This document shows, piece after piece, positions 35,693 through 43,561 of a DNA stretch of 64,000 nt. The translations under genes and the position numbers were made by a program. The DNA is taken from the NCBI GenBank assembly GCA_964404795.1, contig CAYOLI010000004.1, positions 29,985 to 93,984 of the forward strand, read 5' to 3'. This DNA comes from an uncultured Candidatus Saccharibacteria bacterium (GTDB taxonomy: Bacteria > Patescibacteriota > Saccharimonadia > Saccharimonadales > 2-12-FULL-41-12). Below the pieces are notes generated by a model. The model ran no database searches and had not been told where the DNA came from. It was given only the letters and a program-made list of their open reading frames with translations. Every line of letters begins with the position of its first letter. Position 1 is the stretch's first letter.

Positions 35693-37357
35693 TTAAAAAT
35701 GATCTCTAACATGATTAAAGCTGTATTCCCAAGTAGCGTTCGCCTTTTTGTGAGGGTTGAATATTCCTTGAGGGTCAAATATATCTTTAGTTTGTCTAAA
35801 TAATTCAACAACCTCCTGTCCGTACATTTGTTCTAGCCAAGGTCCTCGTACCAAACCATCGTTATGCTCCCCACTTAAAGATCCTTTGTACTTAAGCACT
35901 AAATTGTTTACCTCTCGCATGGCCGGTTCAAGTTTGGCTCTCTCCGATGGTTCATCTAATCTCATCAAAGGAATAATATGAAAATTGCCATCTCCCATGT
36001 GTCCTGAAATTGTTGCAAATAACCGGTATTTTTTTATAATCTTTCTGATCTCTGGCAAAAATTTAGATAAATGTTGTGGATTCACGACCAGGTCATCTAT
36101 AAAAGGTGCTGTGTGTTTATCTTTGACATTATCACGTAAAATTTTGAAACTATATCGTCGCATAATCCAGAACTTTTGTGCGTCTTCATCGGTTGCTAAT
36201 ACTTCGAATCCAGAAATCCCGTATTGTTTTTTTTCGGTATCTAGTTCGGCATGAAGCTGTTGTATTTTCTTAAATATTTCTTTGTCGGTATTACCTTTAA
36301 AAGAAATTAACAAAATCTGGCGTGGAATACCTCTAGTCAACTGTAGCGCATCAGGAATCAAACTAAAAATTAGTCGTATAAATTTTCTCAATCCTAACAT
36401 TTTGTAAAATTTTGGCATAAATCTGAGCGATAACATTAGTGTTTGGTCGTCGAATGACTCAAATCTCGAGGGGTTGTGCTCGACGACTTTTTCTATTAGC
36501 CCCCCAAGATTGTCAATATTATTCATAAATATAACTAAAACACCTGATTCTGGTCTTGCTTTTGTTAGTTTGAAATCAATATCGGTCACTAATCCCAGTG
36601 TGCCCTGGGCCCCAACGATTGCTTTGGTTATATCAAAAATCTGAGTTTTTTTGTCCCATACATCCCATAAGTGATAGCCAGTTGAGTCCTTACTAACATT
36701 CGGTTTGGCTGATTTTATTAGATCATAATTATTGTTTATCAAATTGAATAATTTTGTATATACTTCACCCTCAAAATCATTTTGAGCCATTTTTTTATCA
36801 AGATCGACTTTCTTAAGTGGTTTAACTTCTCTAGATACCCCATCCGAAAAGACAAACCGTAGTGAATTTATGAATAAGTCGGTCTTGCCAAACTCAATTG
36901 ACTTTTCTCCACCAGAGTTATTGTTAACCATACCGCCAACAGTACACAGGTCACGGCTAGCGGGAAAAGTCGGCAACAAATAACCGCGTTTACGAGTTTC
37001 AACATCAAAATCGCGATAATAAACACCTGGCTGGGTCTTGGCAGAACTATTTCTAATTTCGCCAATATTGGTAAAATGTTTTGTAAAGTCCACAATAATA
37101 GAGTCGTTTATGGCTGCTCCGGACATATCTGTGCCAGCGCTTCTTGCTGTTAAGCTTAGACCTTTTATATTCTTTTTTTCTCTTGCTACCAGCGAAGTTA
37201 AGATTTCAACATCTTTGTTGTCTGTTGGAAAAACTATTAATTTTGGACGTATTTCAAACAATGAAGCATCATGGCTATAAAAATCCAATACTTCGTTAGA
37301 GTTATCAACCTCTCCAGTAAAACCAGCTTCTTTAAGCTTTTTTATAAATTCATTCAT
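35693..37357 (-). CDS. FAD-linked oxidase/dehydrogenase (GlcD / D-lactate dehydrogenase-like)
   Basis: PCMH-type FAD-binding domain (LTARSAGTDMSGAAIN, TVGGMVNNNSGG) and C-terminal SGEHNDGL. Confidence 0.75.
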   Translation of the reverse strand: MNEFIKKLKEAGFTGEVDNSNEVLDFYSHDASLFEIRPKLIVFPTDNKDVEILTSLVAREKKNIKGLSLTARSAGTDMSGAAINDSIIVDFTKHFTNIGEIRNSSAKTQPGVYYRDFDVETRKRGYLLPTFPASRDLCTVGGMVNNNSGGEKSIEFGKTDLFINSLRFVFSDGVSREVKPLKKVDLDKKMAQNDFEGEVYTKLFNLINNNYDLIKSAKPNVSKDSTGYHLWDVWDKKTQIFDITKAIVGAQGTLGLVTDIDFKLTKARPESGVLVIFMNNIDNLGGLIEKVVEHNPSRFESFDDQTLMLSLRFMPKFYKMLGLRKFIRLIFSLIPDALQLTRGIPRQILLISFKGNTDKEIFKKIQQLHAELDTEKKQYGISGFEVLATDEDAQKFWIMRRYSFKILRDNVKDKHTAPFIDDLVVNPQHLSKFLPEIRKIIKKYRLFATISGHMGDGNFHIIPLMRLDEPSERAKLEPAMREVNNLVLKYKGSLSGEHNDGLVRGPWLEQMYGQEVVELFRQTKDIFDPQGIFNPHKKANATWEYSFNHVRDHF

Positions 37358-37444
37358 TATTTACTACAGATTAATACGGATTAAAGGCAGTTGCAAGATA
37401 CTTATGCTTTAGTTACAAACCTAGTATAATAAAGTTTAATACAA

Positions 37445-38650
37445 ATGAAAAAAATTAATATATTAGTAATTGGTGGCGGATTCGGGGGCGTAAAAGCTGC
37501 ATCCGAATTATGCAATCATTCAAAATTCGATGTCAGATTGATATCAGACAATCGAAACTTCGAGCACCATCCGACACTGTACAGAACTGCGACGGGAGGA
37601 AGACGAGCTATCTCTTCTATTCCTCTTGTGGAGATTTTTAAAGGCAAGCCGATCGATTTGGTTTTCGACACCGTAACAACGATTGACCCTGACAAAAAAA
37701 TTGTTAAATCATCTAAAAATAATGAATATCGTTACGATATTGCAATTTTTGCATTGGGCGTCGAAACAAACTACTTTGGAATTGCAGGATTAAAAGAATT
37801 TTCTTACGGTGTAAAATCGCTCAGAGATGCCGAAACGTTAAAAATGCATTTGCACGAGCAACTGATTGACAAAAAACGACTAGATCTGAATTATGTGGTT
37901 GTAGGAGGAGGGCCTACAGGAATTGAGTTAGCTGGTGCATTGCCATATTATTTGAACCAAACTATGAAAAAACACGGTATTAAAAAACGCTCAGTACATG
38001 TCGATTTGGTCGAGGGGGCTCCCAGATTGCTCCCCAGAATGCCACACTCTGTATCACGAGCCGTAACAAAAAGGTTAAAGAAACTCGATATCAGATTATT
38101 TTTGGGCAAGCCAGTGCAAGCCGAAACAAAAGATGCACTAGTGGTCGGAGGCAAGCCGATACGGTCGCACACTGTTATATGGACAGCTGGAACGGCAAAC
38201 AATGAATTTTTTAAAAATAACAAATTCCCTCTTTCTCCTAACGGTAGAGTGGTTGTAGATAAGCATATGCAAGCACTACCAAGTATTTTTGTAATTGGTG
38301 ACAATGCAGATACAAAATACTCCGGCATGGCACAGACAGCTCTATATGATGCGATTTTTGTAAGTAACAATATAAAAAGAGTAAATTTATATAAAGTTGA
38401 GCCAAAAAACTATAAACCAAAAGCTCCTATTTCTGTAATTCCTGCCGGACCTTATTGGGCAGTATTCGTATGGGGAAAATTGCAGTTTTATGGCTGGCTT
38501 GGCTGGTTATTACGTAGAGCAGGGGATTGGATTAGCTACAAAGATATATCCAACTGGTGGAAGGCGACCGAGCTCTCTTTATTAAGTGACGAAAATGAGG
38601 ATCAATGTTCGGTTTGCGCTCAGTACGATCAAGCGACCGCAGACGTTTAA
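37445..38650 (+). CDS. ndh: Type II NADH dehydrogenase (NDH-2)
   Basis: Two Rossmann GxGxxG motifs (VIGGGFGGV and VVGGGPTGIELAG) and GDNA near the C-terminus. Length about 400 aa. Confidence 0.8.
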   Translation: MKKINILVIGGGFGGVKAASELCNHSKFDVRLISDNRNFEHHPTLYRTATGGRRAISSIPLVEIFKGKPIDLVFDTVTTIDPDKKIVKSSKNNEYRYDIAIFALGVETNYFGIAGLKEFSYGVKSLRDAETLKMHLHEQLIDKKRLDLNYVVVGGGPTGIELAGALPYYLNQTMKKHGIKKRSVHVDLVEGAPRLLPRMPHSVSRAVTKRLKKLDIRLFLGKPVQAETKDALVVGGKPIRSHTVIWTAGTANNEFFKNNKFPLSPNGRVVVDKHMQALPSIFVIGDNADTKYSGMAQTALYDAIFVSNNIKRVNLYKVEPKNYKPKAPISVIPAGPYWAVFVWGKLQFYGWLGWLLRRAGDWISYKDISNWWKATELSLLSDENEDQCSVCAQYDQATADV

Positions 38651-38663
38651 TAACCGTTAATGG

Positions 38664-39977
38664 CTAAGGAGCAATTCTATTAATATCCCTTGGGAAAAGT
38701 GTTGCTTCTTTGACGTTGTCTAATCCAATTATCTTTTGTGTCAGACGTTCGAGTCCCATCCCGAAACCACCGTGCGGGGGCAAACCATATTTGAAAGCTT
38801 GCAAGTAATATTTAAATCCTTGATTGTTGGGATCTCCCTTGGCGATGGTTTTCAGTTGATCCACTAGCACTTCGTAACGATGCTCACGCATGCTCAATGT
38901 AGCTATTTCGACTCCCCTAAATAGTAAATCAGCACGTTCGGCAAGATCAGCATCTTTTTCTTGTTTTTTATGGTAAAACTTCATCTCGCTTGCTGGCCAA
39001 TCAATAACATAGACTGCTTCACTACCATGATTTTCTAGGGCATATTTGCATATCCAACGTTCTTCGTCTGGTCGCAAGTCTTTTTCGCCTTTTGTATTGT
39101 TACCTGTTTCCTTAGAGTATAAATTATGAATTTCTTCTATAGAAAATCGTGGGATTTTTTCAGCAATAACCGCCGGTTTCGCGCGCAAAGCATTTAAATC
39201 CGACTCATTATTCTGCCAAACAAACGCAACAACTTCTTTCAATAGACCCTCAACCATTACAAGCAGGTCCTCAAACTCAATGAACCCCATTTCGGCATCA
39301 ATGTGCATAAACTCGGTCATATGTCGAGTAGTAGCACTCAGTTCGGCTCTGTAGGTTGGATTTATCTCGTATGCCCTTTCAAAAACACCCACCATAATTT
39401 GTTTATAAAACTGACCACTTTGCGCCAGAGTTGCTTCTTTGCCAAAATAATCGAGTTTAAAAACTTCGGCTCCTCCCTCGGTTGCGCCTGGCAAAAGCTT
39501 CGGCGAGTTAAACTCAATAAATTCATTAGAGTGAAAATATTGCCTTATGGCTTCTTTTACTTGTGCTTGAACCTTGAATATACTTGTTTCGAGCATATTC
39601 CTAAGCCCAATGACACGATACTCAAACAGTGTATCCAGATTTTCAGACTTATGACTTAGTGGTTTATCTATTTCGATAGGTGGTTCTGTGAGTACCGGAG
39701 TAATTATTTGAATTTTAGGGCTATGTATTTCAACTCCGTTAAGTGATCTGTCGTCTTTACTGACATTGCCGTTTATTGCTAGCACTGTTCCGATATGCAA
39801 TCCTCTAAGCTTTTCTAGTTCTGCACTCTCTTTAATCAATACTTGGGCAAGCCCGCTTCGATCTCGGATTATCAAAAACGTCAATCCACCAAGTAATCTC
39901 TTTTTATGCAACCAACCCTTTATCATTACCTGCTTACCAATGTGCTTAGGTAAGTCATTTGTCAAAACTCTATTCAT
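38664..39977 (-). CDS. aspS: Aspartate--tRNA ligase, archaeal/type-2 form
   Basis: About 437 aa with an N-terminal OB fold and class II motifs, including FRAE-like YRAE and a C-terminal PPHGGFGMGLERL...FPRD. TATAAT lies 8 nt upstream of the ATG. Confidence 0.8.
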   Translation of the reverse strand: MNRVLTNDLPKHIGKQVMIKGWLHKKRLLGGLTFLIIRDRSGLAQVLIKESAELEKLRGLHIGTVLAINGNVSKDDRSLNGVEIHSPKIQIITPVLTEPPIEIDKPLSHKSENLDTLFEYRVIGLRNMLETSIFKVQAQVKEAIRQYFHSNEFIEFNSPKLLPGATEGGAEVFKLDYFGKEATLAQSGQFYKQIMVGVFERAYEINPTYRAELSATTRHMTEFMHIDAEMGFIEFEDLLVMVEGLLKEVVAFVWQNNESDLNALRAKPAVIAEKIPRFSIEEIHNLYSKETGNNTKGEKDLRPDEERWICKYALENHGSEAVYVIDWPASEMKFYHKKQEKDADLAERADLLFRGVEIATLSMREHRYEVLVDQLKTIAKGDPNNQGFKYYLQAFKYGLPPHGGFGMGLERLTQKIIGLDNVKEATLFPRDINRIAP

Positions 39978-40020
39978 AGCTTGTTATTATACAACTAAAA
40001 AGTCGAAATATCATTAGTTA

Positions 40021-40049
40021 TTGACAATTACAGATATTAGTTGTAATAT
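40021..40049 (+). promoter_or_regulatory. Near-consensus sigma-70 promoter TTGACA-17-TAATAT
   Basis: TTGACA 40021..40026, exact 17-nt spacer, TAATAT 40044..40049. About 220 nt upstream of the next ORF. Confidence 0.55.
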
Positions 40050-40150
40050 ATCGGTTGGTGTTTTTGAAAAAGATGTCTGTTCGCAATATTTAAAGAATAG
40101 TTTCCTTTTGAGAAAATATCCAGCACATTGACAAGAGAATATGCACAAGG

Positions 40151-40200
40151 TGGGGTATTTGCTGTGTTTGCAAACACAATAAATACCCCATCTTGTTTTT
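40151..40200 (+). terminator. Strong intrinsic terminator inside the leader of ORF 40275
   Basis: TGGGGTATTT (40151..40160) pairs with AAATACCCCA (40181..40190). The inner palindrome is TGTGTTTG/CAAACACA. Followed by TCTTGTTTTT. Confidence 0.65.
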
Positions 40201-40274
40201 GGGAAGCATAAGAAGCGGATAATCTGCTAAGGGGAGCTGTGAAGAAGCTTATTCTTCGGCAAGGAGCCAAAATT

Positions 40275-40631
40275 ATGGCACACGTTTTGAACCTCACAAA
40301 CAGTGTCGTAAATATTTACGACTTAAAAGGCAACGTAGTTATTGCCACGTTCGCGCCAAGCGGCAAGGTTGCAACCGCCCGAATTACAAAACAGACGATC
40401 TCCTACATCGATGCCCGAGGTCACAAAATTCCTTTGTTGACCCGCATCGTTCATGGCCCGTACGACTTGACTAGGCCGGCGCCGGACACATACTACATCG
40501 TGACGGCAGACGTGATTGTTGCCGCACGCCAGATGGGCAGAAGTGTTGCCGATCTGGTAGTGCCGTGCAGCCCAGTTGTTGTCGGGGGAAAGACCGTAGG
40601 ATATCGAAATTTTTCGATGTCTTCAATCTAG
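40275..40631 (+). CDS. Hypothetical 118-aa protein, compositionally foreign (GC-rich)
   Basis: AAGGAG SD at 40261..40266 and ATG at 40275. 60-nt blocks inside the ORF count 58-62% GC, against roughly 33-40% in flanking genes. Confidence 0.6.
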   Translation: MAHVLNLTNSVVNIYDLKGNVVIATFAPSGKVATARITKQTISYIDARGHKIPLLTRIVHGPYDLTRPAPDTYYIVTADVIVAARQMGRSVADLVVPCSPVVVGGKTVGYRNFSMSSI

Positions 40632-40642
40632 GCACGGGAGCA

Positions 40643-40707
40643 TGGGGCGATTGGACAAAGTTTACACTTTGGTAGAGAAATTATTTTCTCTTTTACCAAT
40701 CGCCCCA
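40643..40707. repeat. Nested inverted repeat (12-bp GC-rich closing helix enclosing two 6-bp hairpins)
   Basis: TGGGGCGATTGG 40643..40654 pairs with CCAATCGCCCCA 40696..40707. Inside are CAAAGT-TTAC-ACTTTG and AGAGAA-ATTATT-TTCTCT. No flanking U-tract on either strand. Confidence 0.6.
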
Positions 40708-40757
40708 CAGCTGGTCTATCTTTAAACAATTATTCTCTTGTCAAATTAATTTTTTAC

Positions 40758-41405
40758 TTAGCTAACACCAGAAATTATCGGCATTTTCTTTATAAAGCTA
40801 TTTTCTTCAATAACTTGAATAATAGCTTTAGACACTCTGCTTCTAGGCGTAACAATCTCAGGTGGTCCATGCTCAGATAACTTAACATTCCCTAAGCTAT
40901 TCCTATTATTTAATTTCGATACCCGGATCACTGTGTAATCTACCGATGAAGATTTTAAAATTTTGACGTGTTTTATTCCATCGTTTAATCGATTAGGGTC
41001 ACTTAACTTCATAAACAGAGTAACTATTTTGTCTGTAAACCGTATTTTATCATTCGGTAAACGAACACCAGTGCCAGTTAAACTTATCAATCTATTTATT
41101 TTGTATTTTTCCATTGAAAATAATACGTTCTTTATAGATAGTGACTGAACATTAGTTGGACTATTTTTTATGCGCCCAATCAAAGACACAACCACGTCCG
41201 AACCCTTAACTAGCTTATCAACTTCGGCTGAATTTGTACCATCAACCTTTAGGACAGTTAAATTAGGGCTATAGTCAAAATTAAATGAACCATCATGTAC
41301 TCCTGCTCTGATGGAGTAACCACACTTTAAAGCATTATCAACAAATATCTGACCCGTCCTGCCATTAGAGCCCAAAACAGCTATTGTCAAGTTTTTTGAC
41401 TTCAT
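40758..41405 (-). CDS. NAD(P)-binding Rossmann protein (NmrA / atypical SDR-like)
   Basis: IAVLGSNGRTGQ glycine-rich loop at the N-terminus, about 215 aa. The start codon is 6 nt after the tRNA-Gln 3' end. Confidence 0.65.
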   Translation of the reverse strand: MKSKNLTIAVLGSNGRTGQIFVDNALKCGYSIRAGVHDGSFNFDYSPNLTVLKVDGTNSAEVDKLVKGSDVVVSLIGRIKNSPTNVQSLSIKNVLFSMEKYKINRLISLTGTGVRLPNDKIRFTDKIVTLFMKLSDPNRLNDGIKHVKILKSSSVDYTVIRVSKLNNRNSLGNVKLSEHGPPEIVTPRSRVSKAIIQVIEENSFIKKMPIISGVS

Positions 41406-41411
41406 AAGGAT

Positions 41412-41487
41412 TGGCTAGGGCGGTAGGACTCGAACCTACGCATCCCGGGACCAAAACCCGGTGCCTTACCAACTTGGCTACGCCCTA
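41412..41487 (-). tRNA. tRNA-Gln (anticodon UUG), encoded CCA
   Basis: Acceptor TAGGGCG/CGCCCTA (U1-A72), anticodon stem CCGGG/CCCGG with loop TT-TTG-GT, T-arm GTAGG-TTCGAGT-CCTAC. Confidence 0.9.
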
Positions 41488-41606
41488 ATAACAGGAATAT
41501 TCTAGCAATTTTCACCCTAGAAAGAAACAATTTCAGTCAAATTGTAATTTATTTTATAGAGATACAAATTGATATATGCAATTATTTAGATGTAGGAGGA
41601 AAGGTT

Positions 41607-42248
41607 ATGAATAGAGCAGATGCTATAGTACCCAACCCGAACAGTATTTCTATTGAAAACACTAGCAGATTAACTATCAATAACCAAACCAAACTGAATC
41701 AAATCATCAGCCAACTTGGCAAGTTTTCAATTCACTCGACCTTTTCTATAAAAGAAGTATTATTAAACCAAATGTCTAGCGTGCGAAATGCTCCGGCAAA
41801 TACCATTGCCCACCAAGAATATCCAGCAGAAGACGATCAAATGTCGGACAAATTTGTCGAAGATTCATGCAGAGTGTTAGTGAAAGCGAATACTGTATTT
41901 CCGTTTACATTTTTTCCAAGTTCAATTGTAGTTGATCGATCAAAAGTCACGATTATTCAGAGAACATTTTTCCTAAGTGCTAATATCATCAGCTTGAGAA
42001 TTGAGGATATTCTGAATGTATCTTCCAGTGTCGGTCCGCTATTTGGTTCAATTTCTATAACTACCAGGGTAATGAACACTATAGATCATTTCGATATAAA
42101 CTACTTCAAACGTAAAGATGCGATATTTCTAAAACACATAATTCAAGGGTTCTCTATTGCTATACATAAGCATAAAAATATAGACCAAATACCAGATGAC
42201 AAACTGGTAACTATGCTAGAGGAACTAGGGCAAGATTACAATCAATAA
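41607..42248 (+). CDS. Hypothetical protein; the C-terminal half resembles a bacterial PH (bPH_2/YdbT-like) domain
   Basis: AGGAGG SD. IVVDRSKVTIIQRTFF...ISLRIEDILNV...GPLFGSISITT follows the bPH pattern. Low-certainty assignment. Confidence 0.45.
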   Translation: MNRADAIVPNPNSISIENTSRLTINNQTKLNQIISQLGKFSIHSTFSIKEVLLNQMSSVRNAPANTIAHQEYPAEDDQMSDKFVEDSCRVLVKANTVFPFTFFPSSIVVDRSKVTIIQRTFFLSANIISLRIEDILNVSSSVGPLFGSISITTRVMNTIDHFDINYFKRKDAIFLKHIIQGFSIAIHKHKNIDQIPDDKLVTMLEELGQDYNQ

Positions 42249-42283
42249 TTTACTCCTAAACCAAATAGACATAAAATATATGT

Positions 42284-43138
42284 ATGCGGGTTGTCGAGCC
42301 AAAAAAGCAAGTAATAAAACGTAGAATATACCGAAAAAGAATTATATTTTTGTTCGTAGTAACATTCGTGATAATTTTATCGATCTTAGGGATCCTCTTA
42401 ACACAAATAGGTGACAAAAATCCTACCCCTAATGCAAACCCAAAACCGGAAGTCAATAAACCAATCACCAATGAAGAAACATCGAAAAGGGGAACCATGA
42501 AAATACTAACGGGTGAGGAGTTTAAGAATTTATACAATAGAATTGCATATCCAAACACTAAATCAATAAGTGATACGGCAACAATTACAGGTAATATTCT
42601 AGCCGATGAACACATAAAAAACCTTGCTCTTTCTCGAGGTTATTTACCAAGAAGTGCACCAGTTGCTAATGTTTTTGTCGATGTAGATAACGGGTTTGTA
42701 CTACAAGAAAGGGCGGCATCTGCCTGGAACAACCTGAAGAGTAGTGCGCAAAAATCTAATATTTCTTTAGGTCTGGTTGCGGCATACCGTTCTGCAGATG
42801 ACCAAAGAGAGTTATTTTTAAACAAGATTGGACACGTATCTGCAGAAAGTATTACAGCAGGTACACATGATAGCCAAATATTATCGGTGCTAAAAACTAC
42901 TGCTATTCCAGGGTTTTCCAGGCACCACACAGGATACACAATTGATATCTCATGTATTAATGACCCATTACCAATTTTTAAAAATTCTGTGTGCTACAAA
43001 TGGCTGTCGAACAATAATTACGAAAATGCTAAGATTAGCGGCTGGATACCAAGTTATCCTGACGGAGCAGGGCAGCAAGGCCCTGAACCAGAGCCATGGG
43101 AGTATGTATGGGTAGGGAAAGAAACACTACAAAATTAA
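42284..43138 (+). CDS. Membrane-anchored VanY/M15B-type D,D-carboxypeptidase-like protein
   Basis: N-terminal TM, SRHHTGYTIDI (S.H..G.A.D zinc motif), and C-terminal EPWEYVWVG where EPWH is expected. Confidence 0.7.
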   Translation: MRVVEPKKQVIKRRIYRKRIIFLFVVTFVIILSILGILLTQIGDKNPTPNANPKPEVNKPITNEETSKRGTMKILTGEEFKNLYNRIAYPNTKSISDTATITGNILADEHIKNLALSRGYLPRSAPVANVFVDVDNGFVLQERAASAWNNLKSSAQKSNISLGLVAAYRSADDQRELFLNKIGHVSAESITAGTHDSQILSVLKTTAIPGFSRHHTGYTIDISCINDPLPIFKNSVCYKWLSNNNYENAKISGWIPSYPDGAGQQGPEPEPWEYVWVGKETLQN

Positions 43139-43512
43139 TTAAGATATCCGATAGAGAGTTTAACGACTTAGTTATTAGCTCTTTCAGTGCTGTTTCAAGA
43201 TTGCACTTAAGCCATCTAGACAATGTTGCAATAGTCGTCGAAGATCATCCAACCAAGATGCAAGAGGAGTCTATTGGGCTTAGCTGCAATCAACTGTTGT
43301 TTGGGCTATTCGAAGGGGTGCCAAAGCCGAAAAAAAGTTCGTATAACGTTATATCTATTCCAGATAAAATTACAATTTTCAAATACCCCATCCTAATGGC
43401 TAGTAAAAACAAAAATGAGCTCAAAAATAATATTCGAAACACCTTATGGCACGAAATCGGGCATTACTTTGGGTTGAACCACGCACAAATACATGCACTA
43501 GAACACAAATAA
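43096..43512 (+). CDS. Small zincin-like metallopeptidase family protein (DUF1025-like)
   Basis: C-terminal WHEIGHYFGL (HExxH) and N-terminal ...FNDLV...L..L.NVAIVVEDHP pattern. The start is uncertain (43096 or 43108); both overlap the VanY-like gene. Confidence 0.6.
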   Translation: MGVCMGRERNTTKLIKISDREFNDLVISSFSAVSRLHLSHLDNVAIVVEDHPTKMQEESIGLSCNQLLFGLFEGVPKPKKSSYNVISIPDKITIFKYPILMASKNKNELKNNIRNTLWHEIGHYFGLNHAQIHALEHK

Positions 43513-43561
43513 CATTTAATGTTATAGTACTAAATGAAACCGCTTATGGTGGAGTGGACAA

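Noticed and set aside
37948-38370. 140-aa minus-strand ORF
   Set aside because: It is antisense to the NDH-2 gene, which has clear Rossmann motifs. No independent signals.
40128-40133. Second TTGACA hexamer inside the leader
   Set aside because: There is no acceptable -10 element 16-19 nt downstream (the sequence there is TGGGGT), so it was not called as a promoter.
40037-40297. 86-aa minus-strand ORF covering the leader of ORF 40275
   Set aside because: It spans a plus-strand promoter, a terminator hairpin and an SD. The composition is non-coding-like and there is no start context. The structured plus-strand elements explain the region better.
42256-42615. 119-aa minus-strand ORF
   Set aside because: It is antisense to the 5' part of the VanY-like gene. 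The hydrophobic translation is the mirror of the TM/linker region.
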